Origin: Chiloscyllium plagiosum
Lineage: Eukaryota
Length of the DNA: 64,000 nt
NCBI RefSeq assembly: GCF_004010195.1
Contig: NC_057718.1
Location: forward strand, 76,892,079-76,956,078
Direction of reading: 5' to 3'
The notes beneath the pieces are model-generated. The model did no database searches. It had not been told where the DNA came from and was given only the letters and a program-made list of their open reading frames with translations. A program made the position numbers and the translations under genes. This document shows, piece after piece, positions 12,896 through 24,399 of this stretch (position 1 is the stretch's first letter; each line of letters begins with the position of its first letter).

Positions 12896-13070
12896 AAAAT
12901 CATTTCAAGATACGTTATTAAGTTTTATTATAGCCATATGAATTAGCTACAGGAACTCCATTCTTAATGGCAATGCAAATCTACCTACATGAAATGGGCC
13001 TTCTCAAGGGCTACTAGGGATGGACAATAACCTAGCAACCAGCGATGTTGTTGATGGCAAACCAACAGAG

Positions 13071-14153
13071 AAAATAGGAGTAGGTCATTTGGTCCTTTGA
13101 GCCTGCTGTGCTTAAAGTATAATCGCAGCTGATCATCCAACTTTGTCCTGTTCCTGCTTTCTCCCTTTATGTTTTGATCAGTTTAGCCCTAAGAACTGAA
13201 TGTTTGCAAGGAGTTAGATTCAATGTTTTGGCCACAACTGCTTTATTTGGCATAGAATTCCTCAGGCTAATCACTTTCCCAGTGAAGAACTTCCTCCTCA
13301 TCTCTGTTCCACATGGTCAATCAGGAACACTCTTCCTATGTTTACCCTGACTGTTCCTATTAGAAGTTTATTGGTTTCTGAGATCCCTCCCTCATTTTTC
13401 TAATCTCCAGTTAATATAGTTCCAACTGATCCAGTTTCTTTTCGTATGTCAGTCCTGCCATCCCAGCGATTAGTTTGGTAAGTCTTTGCAGTCCCACATA
13501 GCCCAGAATATCCTCACATAAGAAAACTAAAACTGCACACAATACTCCAGGTGTGATCTCACCAAGGCCCTGGATAATTGCAGTAAGTCATCCCTGCTCA
13601 TATACTCAAATTTGCTATGAAGGTTAACATACCATTTGCCTTTTCACCACTTGCCACATTTACGCGCTTATTTTGTATGATTGGTGTGCAAGGACTATCC
13701 TTAACCCTTGGCCCAATCTATTGTAATTCAGATAATCTGCCTTCCTACTTTGCTATCAAAGTGGATAACCTCATATTTATCCACAATATACTTCATGTGT
13801 TATGCATTTGCCCACTCTCTCAACTTGACAAACTCATACTGAAGTATCTCTGTATCCTCCTGACAGTTCACCCTTCACTCAGCTATGCGTTGTTAGCAAA
13901 CTTGGAAATATTACAGTTAAATCCTTAACCTAAATCATTAATATATAATATGAATAACTGGAGTCCAAGCACTGATTCCTATGGTATCCCTCTAGTCACT
14001 GGCTGCCACTCAGAAAATGACTTGTTTATTCCTACTCTTTATCTCCTGTCTACCAACCTGTTCTCTATCCATGTCAGTACACTACCCCAAATGCATGCAT
14101 TTTAATTTTAAATTATAATCTCTTATGTGGGCCTTACATAAAGCCTTCTGCAA
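13071..14153 (-). mobile_element. CR1 LINE 3' fragment
   Basis: Reverse complement carries ALVRSHLEYCVQF and SKFA-type CR1 ORF2 motifs plus the 3' UTR. Confidence 0.8.
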
Positions 14154-15278
14154 TGCCTGTATTTCATGAATGAATTTTTAAAAGCGCAGCATAGAACTGG
14201 CAGTCAAGGGTGGTTCACTGATACTAGAGAACGAATGAACATGTGACAAATAATGTGTTGAGCTTAATAGCTTGTGCCTTGCTGCCCTGTATCTATCCTC
14301 TTCATGTAGCTTTCCTGATTTATCTTTCATCAGAAGTATTGCCTCCTGAAGAGGACTTTCCATAATGAGGGCACGTTAATTTACTTTTATTTCTGGTAGA
14401 TGGTAGTTTATCTATATCAATCGTCCACTTTAACCTTCTTGACATATTAATGCAAAGCAAGTACATACGTTGTATGAAAAATAACTATTAATTTAATCCC
14501 TGACCTCGCCCTTGACTTTCTTGATGTAAGTACTGTCTCTATTGGGCTTTGCTTGTTACTGGTTCACTGGTCATATGTGTATTTTCCTGGTGGTGGAATA
14601 TAGTTTTTTGACATGGTGTCTTTACTGGGTCACTGCACATTTACATACACACAACACAGATGTTGTAGGAAAGTATAAGCACTACTGCTGTGCACTGGTA
14701 GTGTGGGGAGAAAACATTATAAGCAAGGGATTGAGAACCCCCTCAGTTTAGGGACTAAATAAAAGATAAATGGGATTCCTGTGGAGCAGATTTTATTTCC
14801 AGAGTCTTCCCACAGGTGCTAAGTCCCTCTGACAGAATTGTTGGACTTAATGAATACCTAAAAAAAATTGTCAGGATGGTCACCACCCTTCTTGAAGTCA
14901 GTACTTTTAAAGTTTATGTCTTGGTGAGACTCATTTCCTGCTCGCCTCTAACACATGCATCGATACAGGATGCTGTTCATCAATTTAGTAATTTCAATGT
15001 GGAAGCCTGAGATAAGTGACCCTGCCATTTCCTGAGCTGTTTGGAATTACCTGTCTGCAGAGAGTGAAAATCAATACTAATCAGCTAATGTCAAGTTTAT
15101 AGTGAAATATTGATGGATACCCAGCCCCCGGAAATGAAGATAAAAATTTAGGAAGGGAAGGAAAGAGTCAGTTATGAAACATGAGAGAATGGTAGAAACA
15201 GAATTAATACTTTTTCCAGTTCTGGATGAAAGCAAGAAGCAACACCGAAATGGTCATCAATGTATTGGAAAGGATTTA

Positions 15279-15637
15279 CCATATATACTCATGTAATAGT
15301 CAATCTCATGTAAACATTAACATCCTATTTTTGGCCAAAAAAATCTAGAATTTTCCACATACCTCATAAAAATTGACCCCAATTCTTCACAGATTAATAT
15401 TTATGAGTCAGTCTGCCAGTGTCTCACTGTTCTCCAGGTTTTCAGAATTACCGTAATTCATTGTGTTTTCATTATTAATTTGTTCAGAGATCAACTAGGA
15501 TTCTAATGATATGGTATGAATTTTGACAGGCATGAATTTCAGCTCCTCAAATGTAATATCCATGTAATAGTCAACCCCATAAATTTAACTCTTAAAAAGT
15601 AGTCAAAGAAATTTGACTATTACTCAAGCATATACAG
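15279..15637. mobile_element. Tc1/mariner-superfamily MITE (Tc2/pogo-like TIRs)
   Basis: Flanked by TA on both sides. 25-bp TIRs CCATATATACTCATGTAATAGTCAA and rc CTGTATATGCTTGAGTAATAGTCAA differ mainly by opposite-strand CpG decay. A subterminal copy CATGTAATAGTCAA lies near 15560. Confidence 0.75.
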
Positions 15638-15998
15638 TATCCAAGGAGGTCTGAGGACTAGTGGTTATTGATATGCTCAGCTTCATTTTCTAACTCAAGA
15701 TAAAGGGAAGAAAGTGATTTTCCAGTTATATAGAGATCAATCAGATTAATCCAGAGTTCATTTTGTTTTGTGTGCTGCACTGTAGGAATATTGGGTTTGG
15801 ACAATGTACAACACAGATATACTAAAATAATATGGTGATTGAAGGATTAACCTATCTGCCATGATCAGTGTGTCGATATCTCTTTTAGAGTCACAGTATA
15901 TCGATATACCTTTAAGAAATATGCGTTTGACATTGCAATAAACATTGCATCACAGCATGTGGCCTGAGGGTATAAAGGTCTTCGATGTAATTTTATTA

Positions 15999-16282
15999 GG
16001 AACCAAAACAGTCATTGCTGGAAAAGCTCAGCAGGTCTGGCAGCAGCTGTGAAGAGAAATCAGAATCAAAGTTTTAAGTCTGATGATCCTTTGTCAGAAT
16101 TGATAGTATCTAGGAAAATGTTGGTTATATGTCGGGTAGGAGGTAAGGAGTAAACAATAGGTGGGGTTAGAGCCCAAAGAGAGAAAAGAGCAGTTGGACA
16201 AAGGATTGGATAGCGATCTGCTTAGGAGAATAGCTGTTAATGGAAACTGTTTGTGACTAACAATAGGTAGTATGTAATGGCA
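15999..16282 (-). mobile_element. Older PLE pseudo-LTR (family C), host of the 16283 insertion
   Basis: TTGCTGGAAAAGCTCAGCAGGTCTGGCAGCA is a diverged version of the family-A end. The sequence resumes after the TSD at 17406. Confidence 0.55.
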
Positions 16283-17405
16283 AAAGTGAGGACTGCGGAT
16301 GCTGAAGATCAGAGTCTAGACTAGAGTGGTGCTGGAAAGCAGAGCAGGTCAGGCAGCATCAGAGGAGCAGGAAAATCAACGTTTTGGGCAAAAGCCCTTC
16401 ATCAGGAATGAAGGCAGGGACCCTCCGGGGTGGAGAGATAAATGGGAGGGGTGGGGCTGGGCAAAGGTAGCTAAGAGTACAATAGGTGAATGGGGGCGGG
16501 GATGAAGGTGATAGGTCAGAGAGGAGGGTGGAGCGGATAGGTGGGAAGGAAGATTGGCAGGTAGGACAGGTCATGAGGATGATGCTGAGCTGGAAGGTTG
16601 GAACTGGGGTAAGGTGGGGAAAGGGGAAATGAGGAAACTGGTGAAGTCCACATTGATGCCCTGGGGTTGAAGTGTTCTGAGGTGGAAGATGAGACATTCT
16701 TCCTCCAGGCATCAGGTGGTGAGGGAATAACGGTGGAGGAGGCCCAGTACCTGTATGCCCTCAGCAGAGTGGGAGGGGGAGTTGAAATGTTGTGCCATGG
16801 GGTGGTGGGGTTGATTGTTGCGGGTGTCCCAGAGATGTTCCCTAAAGTGGTCTGCGAGAAGGCTTTCAGTCTCCCCAATGTAAAGGAGACTGCGTCGGGA
16901 GCACCGGATGCAATAAATGACATTGATGGATGTGCAGGTGAAACTTTGATGGATGTGGAAGGTTCCTTTGGGGCCTTGGTTGGAGATGAGGGGGTTGGGC
17001 ACAGGTTTTGCAATTCCTGCGGTGGCAGGGGAAGGTGTCAGGAGGGGAGGGTGGGTTGTTTGGGGGGTGTGGACCTGATCAGGTAGTCACAGAGGGAACG
17101 GTCTTTGCAGAAAGTGGAAAGGAGTGGGGAGGGAAGTATATCCCTGGTGGAGGGGTCTGTTTAGAGGTGGCGGAAATGTTGGCGGATGATGCGGTTTATG
17201 CGAAGGTTGGTAGGGTGGAAGGTGAGGACCAGGGGGGGTTCTGTCCTTGTTGCAGTTGGAGGGGTGGGGTTTGAGGGCAGAGGTGCGGGACGTGGACACG
17301 CTGCGTTGGAGGGCATCTTCAACCATTTGGGAAGGGAAAAACATTGATTCTCCTGCTCCTCAGATGCTGCCTAACCTGCTGTGCTTTTCCAGCACCACTC
17401 TAATC
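16283..17405 (-). mobile_element. Penelope-like element (family A), 5'-truncated, GIY-YIG endonuclease region with inverted pseudo-LTR piece
   Basis: 15-bp TSD TAGTATGTAATGGCA (16268-16282 / 17406-17420). ORF 16712-17002 has NVIYCIRC..LLYIGET..HFNSPSHS (GIY-YIG). Inverted pLTR at 17341-17405. The hammerhead at about 16375-16409 is decayed (GAAA>AAAA). Confidence 0.92.
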
Positions 17406-17910
17406 TAGTATGTAATGGCAGACTATGTGAATGACAACCTTTATTGGGGGTCAGTTGAAGCATGACACACTCATGGAAGCATACTGCTGTTTGTAACCGA
17501 ATAGTTTAATGTGAACTCACACGTTACTGTCTGTGTGGACGTAATATTTGTATATATTAGTGAGCTATAATAAAAGTCTGATTCTCTATTACGACATTAT
17601 CCATATTTTATTCCTTATGCTGTGAAAGATAACACATACGTTACAGCATCAGTTAAAGACGGCCAGCTGGTGGCAAAATCCACATCAAGCTTAAGATAAT
17701 AGGTTGTATTTGCATATTAATTTGCATTTATAAGATTTTGTTGTCCCTCTATTGCCATGCAGTTTTATTCCAACATCTAAGAATTGGGTTTCAAGACAAA
17801 CTGGTTGAGGAGAAGGCAAGGTCAAGGGCTGTTTTTAAGCTTAGGCTTCTTTAGAACTCTGTTTATTCCTTATTAAAGCTACGTGCACGTGGTAATCAGC
17901 AACTGGGCAA

Positions 17911-18845
17911 TAGACAAAAGGTGCAGGAGTAGGCCATTCATTCTGATCCTGGATTAGTGGTGCTGGAAGAGCACAGCAATTCAGGCAGCATCCGAGGACA
18001 GGCAAAATCGACGTTTCGGGCAAAAGCCGAAGGGCTTTTGCCCGAAACGTCGATTTTGCCTGTCCTCGGATGCTGCCTGAATTGCTGTGCTCTTCCAGCA
18101 CCACTAATCCAGAATCTGGTTTCCAGCATCTGCAGTCATTGTTTTTACCTCATTCATTCTGATCATCCACAATCGGTATCCTGTTCCTACCTTATCCCCA
18201 TAACCCTTGATTCCAATATCTTTAAGAACCCTATCCAGCTCTTTCTTGAAAGTATCCAGAGATTTAGCCTCCACTGCCTTCAGGGGCAGAGCATTCCATA
18301 CACCCACCACTCTCTGGGTGAAGAAGTTTCTCCTCAACTCTGCTCTAAATGGTATACCCCTTATTTTTAAACTGTGTCCTCTCGTTCTGGACTTACCCAT
18401 CAGCAGAAACATGCTTCCTGCTTCCAGAGTGTTGAATCCTTTAATAATCTTATGCATCTCAATCAGATCCCCTCTCATCCTTCTAAACTCAAGTGTATAC
18501 AAGCCCAGTTGCTCCAATCTTTCGACATAGGTCGTCCGCCATTCCGGGAATTAACCTTGTGAACCTATGCTGCACTCTGTCAATAGCCAGAATGTCCTTC
18601 CTCAAATTTGGAGACCAAAATTGCACACACTACTCCAGGTGCGGGTCTCACCAGGGCCCTGTACAGCTGCAGAAGGACCTCTTTGCTCCTATATTCAATT
18701 CCTCTTGTTATGAAGACCAGCATGCCATTAGCTTTCTTCACTGTCTGCTGTACCTGCATGCTTGTTTTCATTGACTGACTTATAAGAACACCTAGATCTC
18801 ATTGTACTTACCCTTTACCTAACTTGACTCCATTTAGATAGTATT
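17911..18845 (-). mobile_element. CR1 LINE 3' fragment
   Basis: ORFs 18580-18771 (KKANGMLVFITRGIEYRSKEVLLQLYRALVRP) and 18104-18517 (LGLYTLEFRRMRGDLIE..RTRGHSLK..RRNFFTQRVV). Confidence 0.92.
17949..18150. mobile_element. Fold-back PLE family-A mini-element: 80-bp-arm palindrome
   Basis: Arms 17949-18028 and 18033-18112 with loop GAAG. 14-bp TSD CATTCATTCTGATC (17935-17948 / 18151-18164). Confidence 0.92.
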
Positions 18846-19343
18846 GAATATTGTGGTTACATTAAAATTATTCTGTCCATGTGCTTCTCTCTTCACTCTA
18901 ACTTAATTGCACACATTGTTATTTATGCCCAGTAGGGTGAAACTCCATTTCATCCTCACTAGGGGTCACTCTAGGGTCTTAAACTCCTTACACATTTGTT
19001 TAAAATCATAGAAACATTCAAATATAGATGATATATAGAAATTATTTCCCTACAAAAGGCATTCAGAAGAGGATCCGCAATATTGAAATTGGAACTGGAT
19101 CATTGAGCACTATATATCTTACTTTCAAAAGTTATGATGAAGTACAATTTGATTGAATTGTTTGCAAAATTGAGGCCCAGGTTTTCTGGTCAGTTCCAGA
19201 AATGTTAGCCAGTGCAGACAACATTGTACTTTTCCACTTAGCATGTCAGTTCCACTTTGAATCATGTAATGAATAGATAGGAGGCCAAGTGGTGAGTTAA
19301 TTCCAGAATGAGAAACCTGCTTCGCCTTATCCTGGCAATTAGC

Positions 19344-19527
19344 AAGTGAGGAATGCAGATGCTGGAGATCAGAGCTGAAAGTGTGTTGCTGGAAAAGCGC
19401 AGCAGGTCAGGCAGCATCCAAGGAGCAGGAGAATCGATGTTTCAGGCATGAGCCCTTCTTTCCTGATGAAGGGCTCATGCCTGAAATATCGATTCTCCTG
19501 ATCCTTGGATGCTGCCTGACCTGCTGC
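19344..19527. mobile_element. Fold-back PLE family-A mini-element with one hammerhead motif (+, about 19460-19494)
   Basis: 60-bp arms 19399-19458 and 19468-19527. The + strand reads UUC-CUGAUGA-A-GGGC UCAU GCCU-GAAA-UA-UC-GAUU. Confidence 0.85.
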
Positions 19528-21153
19528 AATGTTCACTTTTAACAATGGTCGACCTATCCCTCATACCTGACAATGCTCACCATGCCTCAGCTATCCACCT
19601 CCCCCCCCACCCCACTCCCACTCCCAGACAATGCCCACACCCTTAATCCCAATACTGTTCATCTCTGCCTGTCAGGTCTTACTGCCCTCCTTAAGCTCAT
19701 CCTCCACCCCTCAATCTCCTGTGTTCCAGTGGAAAAAAACCCTGCATATCCTCATAACCCCAAATGGAGTGTACATGTTGTCACAAGGGAGAATGAACAT
19801 GATGGGTAGATGAGGTAAGCATTGGCTGGAGAGAACGTAAAAATTTCCTGCAATGTTGCTTCAGGCAGGTAAACATTGTCAGGAGTGGTGATTAAATTAT
19901 TAGGTGGTTGGCTGGGTGAACGCTGTGTGAACAGGGTTGAAAATTGTTGAGAGGGTTAAGTATTATTGAGAGATTGATGACTATTCTTGACAGGTGTTTG
20001 AACATTATTGGGTATTGTTGGAAGGGGTAAATAAATGTTATCAGAGAGATACTGAGCAATATCAATGTGGGTGAATATTAAAAACATACAAACAAGGAAC
20101 CAGAGTCGGCCATTCAGCCCAGCGAGCAGGCTCTGCTATTCAATAAGGCTGTGGCTGATCTGATTTTAACCTCATCTTTACAGTCCTGCATATTTCCAAT
20201 AATCTTTTATCCACTTCCTAATCAAGAATATACCTATCTCTCCCTTATAAATATTTAAAGATTCTCTATCTATTGCCTGGTGAGGAAGGGAAATCTAAAT
20301 ACCCTCAACCTTCTTGGAGAAAGAAAATCTCATCTCTGTTTTAAATGGGCTCACCCTTATTTTTAAATTATGACCTCTACTTCTAAATTGTCCTTTCAAC
20401 ATCCATCCAGTCATGACCCCTAACGATCTTATGTTTCAATTGAGTCACATTTGACTCTTAGTAAACCATCTCTGAACTGCTTCCAATGCATCAACATCCT
20501 TCCGTATGTATGATAAGTACAGTACACAGTATTCCAAATGAGGTTTCCCCAATGCTCTGTATAACTGAAGCATAACACCCCTGCTCTTGCATTTAATTCC
20601 CCTCACAATAAAACATAACGTTCTGTTAGTTTTTCTGATTACTTGCTGTACCTGCATACTAATCTATAATTCATGCACTGGGATACCCAGGTATTTCTGC
20701 CTCGCAGAGCTCTGCAAACTCTCATTATTAAGATAATATCCTAATTTTTATTCTTTCTGTCAAAATGGACTATTTCACACTTTCCCTCATTGTACTCCAT
20801 TTGCCAGATTTTGGCCCACTCACTTAACCCTTTATAGCTTTATGTCCTCTTCACAACTTGTGTTCCTATCTTTGTGTCGTCACAAATTTAGCTACCATAC
20901 CTTCAATTGCTTGTTCCAAATGATTTATATAGATTAAAGACTTGTGGCCCCAGAACTGACCCCAATGGCACACCACTTGCGACATCCTGCCAGCCTGAAA
21001 AAAATCATCTATTCTCATTCTTTGCTTTCTGTGAGCAAGCTAATTTTCTACCCATGCCAATAGACTACCCCCCTACATAATGAGATTTTATTTCCTGCAA
21101 AGTTAAAAATCACACAACACCAGGTTATAGTCCAACAGGTTTAATTGGAAGCA

Positions 21154-21188
21154 CACTAGCTTTCGGAGTGACGCTCCTTCATCAGGTG
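21154..21188 (-). ncRNA. Minimal type I hammerhead ribozyme motif (PLE family B)
   Basis: Minus strand reads CAC-CUGAUGA-A-GGAG CGUCA CUCC-GAAA-GC-UA-GUG. Confidence 0.75.
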
Positions 21189-21294
21189 ATAGTGGAGGCC
21201 TCAATCGTAACACAGAATTTATAGCAAAAATTTACAGTGTGATGTAACTGAATTTTTGCTATAAATTCTGTGTTACGATCGAGCCCTCCACTAT

Positions 21295-21329
21295 CACCTG
21301 ATGAAGGAGCATCGCTCCGAAAGCTAGTG
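21295..21329 (+). ncRNA. Minimal type I hammerhead ribozyme motif (PLE family B)
   Basis: CAC-CUGAUGA-A-GGAGC AUC GCUCC-GAAA-GC-UA-GUG: helix I CAC/GUG, palindromic AGCU helix III, CUA cleavage triplet. Confidence 0.8.
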
Positions 21330-22782
21330 TGCTTCCAATTAAACCTGTTACTATAACCTGGTGTTGTGTGATTTTTAACTTTGTACACCCCAGTCCAACA
21401 CCGGCATCTCCAAATCATGACTATTATTTCCTGCAGTAATCTTCAATCTGGTACCTAATCAAATGCCTTCTGGAAATCTAAATACAATACACCCACTGCT
21501 TTCCCTTTAACAACAGCACAAGTTACTTCTTCGAAAACCTCCTGCAAATTAGGTAAAAATCACTTCCATTGACAAAACAATGTTGACTCTGATTACTTTG
21601 AACTTAGCCACACACCCTAATATTTACTAATAGCTTCAAACAGTTTCCCAATGGAAGATGTTAAGCTAACTGACTCACAGTTTTCTGCTTTCTGCCTCCT
21701 CCCTTTTTTTGCAAAAAGGCATTACGTTAGCTTTTTTCCATTCTAAAGGAATCTTCCCTGAATTTAATGGGTTTTGGAAAATTAAAGCCAATATATCAAT
21801 ATTTCACAAGCTACTTCTTTTAAGACATAGGATAAAATCCATTAGGATCTGGAGAATTGTTAACTTGCAGATGCTGTAACCTGGAGGAGGCTGGAGGAAC
21901 AGCAGAAAATGAGCAGTGCACTAACAGATCTTCAAAGTGGACTTTATCATGATGACAAAGTAATTGGAATGCTTGATCACAAGACTGTAGGGCAGTGAAT
22001 CTCACGTCACTGAAATGCAATCTATTCCACTGCTGGAGTGGTTAGCACCAGGACTGTTATAATATTTCTTTTCAACAGGTCCATGCACAGCCTCAAAACC
22101 ACTATGCACAACATATCTGATACATTCATTAAGTTAATAGACCCTTATCTTTCACCTCACAGAATCACAGTAATCTGTACTAGGTACTCTGCAGCACAGA
22201 TGCAATGCAGTTGGGCCATGACAGATATGATGACATGAGGGATCAAATGGAAGCTCCACTCAAAGTATTTCCACTTCTCACACTCAGGCTGTTCTGTCAG
22301 TTACCTGCATTCTGCCTCATTTCCAGATAGCTGTGACTGATCCTGCATAGGTAGGGTGATGGTAAACAGCATGAGCTGAAGAGCTCAAGTTGTAATGTTG
22401 ATACAGGATCACATGAATAGAGGTGTGTTAACTGTGGAAATCGTAAGCTTATCAATAAAAGATTATTGTTAAAATATGCACAGACTAGTGCATTGTAACT
22501 TGACAGACAATAAGATGTCAATACAACCAGAAGACAAAACACAGGTGGAGGTAGTGCAGTCTGCAACAGAGACCTGACTTGCTGCAATGGCCTGAGGGCA
22601 CGAGCAAGGAAGATCTTAGCAGTCAGAGCAGTCTGCACCACATACATACTACAGAAAAAGAAGAGGAAATGTGCATCCCCAGGCTAAAGTTTCAGAGGAA
22701 CTTGGGAAATTTAGCCCTCCGATATGCTGTGCAAGGCCAAGTGCATACACCCTGGCACTCCTGAACCAAGCTCCCAAGCTAT

Positions 22783-23110
22783 GGGCGGCACGGTGGCACA
22801 GTGGTTAGCACTGCTGCCTCGCAGCGCCAGAGACCCGGGTTCAATTCCCGACTCAGGCGACTGACTGTGTGGAGTTTGCACGTTCTCCCCGTGTCTGCGT
22901 GGGTTTCCTCCGGGGGCTCCGGTTTCCTCCCACAGTCCAAAGATGTGCAAGTCAGGTGAATTGGCCATGCTAAATTGCCCGTAGTGTTAAGTAAAGGGGT
23001 AAATTTAGGGGTATGGGTGGGTTACGCTTCGGCGGGTCGGTGTGGACTTGTTGGGCCGAAGGGCCTGTTTCCACACTGTAAGTAATCTAAGTAATCTAAT
23101 CTAATCTAAT
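22783..23110 (+). mobile_element. HE1-type V-SINE, full length, CpG-intact (young)
   Basis: A box TGGCACAGTGG, B box GGTTCAATTCC, V-domain, CR1 tail, (TAATC)n. Confidence 0.95.
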
Positions 23111-23124
23111 TGTTGTCATGTAGT

Positions 23125-23238
23125 GGGCGGCACGGTGGCACAGTGGTTAGCACTGCTGCCTCGCAGCGCCAGAGACCCGGGTTCAATTCCAGGCCGAAGG
23201 GCCTGTTTCCACACTGTAATCTAATCTAATCTAATCTA
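23125..23238 (+). mobile_element. Internally deleted HE1 SINE (tRNA head fused to tail)
   Basis: Head identical to the 22783 copy up to GGTTCAATTCC (23190), then directly AGGCCGAAGGGCCTGTTTCCACACTG(TAATC)n. Confidence 0.9.
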
Positions 23239-24399
23239 TCCACAAGGCAATAGAGTTGAAAACTAAAGGAGAAAAACCCTAATGAAAATTCTGGAGTGAA
23301 GCCCAAAGGGAGATTGTTGTCTACACATGTCATTTCTGCAGCAACTCCTACAAACAAAACTAATTTAACTGAATGATCCACATATAGTTAATGGAAACAA
23401 TTTCTCCCAAAGAGCTTGTGCACTAGCAATTGAGTACATTTGAAGTAAATGCAGAAGTTGATTTTAACCACGTAACCCCTCCCTTTCCGTTACTGACTTG
23501 CATCCAAATCCATGGGCTTTTCCAAGTTAAAAATCAGTCTATTGTCCATAAATAAACACATTAGCATCTTAGTGAAGAATATGCACTCAATGTTAATTTT
23601 CTTTTCCAATATACAGATGCTGATTGGCATGCTATTATTTTATTTCTTTCTGTTTTGCCATAAAACTTAAACTTATGAATACAAACATTGCATGATTTAT
23701 ATAATTTTCTCTAAGCTAATGGGCAATAGCTGAATGAGGAAGCAATTTTGTTTGGCTTTTGATTGAGTGTTTCCTCGTTTGGCTGAGAGCAGTTTGCCCC
23801 ACCAGCTCATTTCTGGATTCTTTGAAAGAAATTTTAAAAAATATATTTAGGAAATTACTTCATGGTGTTTACAGCATGAAATTAGTTCATTCAATCCAGC
23901 AGAGTCATGGTGATGTTTGGTTGCCACACTTGCTTCCTCACACTTCTCCATCAAAAATATCAGCTTATCCTTCTACTGCTTTCTCCTCACTCATTTATTC
24001 TGCTTCTCCTTAAATGAATTTGTTAGTCATCTTAACTTTTATGAGATTGAATATTTTAATCTAATCACTCTAATCAATCTAATCACTCCTATTGGACATA
24101 TAACTTTCTTGTGCTCATGACTCCTAGTTATATTTTCCCCACCATTAGTGATATTATTTCTACACTTACTTTATCAGATTCCTGCATAATTTAAAGACAT
24201 CTAACTGGTCACCCTTCAGTTTGCCCTTTCTTACATATTTGATCTTAGTCTTGTGGCATGCTGTCTCCTTCACTGGAACTGACATGGGGGAGGGGTGGTA
24301 ATATCTTGAATGCAGACAAAATGGGAGAATCACATCAATAGTCTGAGGATAATAATGAGAATGGGGATTGGGACATTGACCAGGAGAGATGCATTAACA

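Larger units (their letters stand above)
21100..21423. mobile_element. Fold-back PLE family-B mini-element with a hammerhead motif on each arm
   Basis: About 135-bp arms 21098-21232 and 21251-21383. 12-bp TSD TTATTTCCTGCA (21088-21099 / 21424-21435). Confidence 0.9.
20083..21870 (-). mobile_element. CR1 LINE fragment (RT to 3' end), decayed
   Basis: ORF 20445-20657 (LQLYRALGKPHLEYCV..LEAVQR). Upstream minus strand has YLDFQKAFD.VP, WET..AI and GSVLGP motifs. Confidence 0.85.

Noticed and set aside
16375..16409. Functional hammerhead in the 16283 element
   Set aside because: Catalytic G12 is lost (GAAA to AAAA), so it is counted only as a decayed copy.
22783..22855. tRNA genes (also 12587, 23125, 30440-30510)
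   Set aside because: These are A/B-box heads of HE1 SINEs, continuous with the V-domain or LINE tail.
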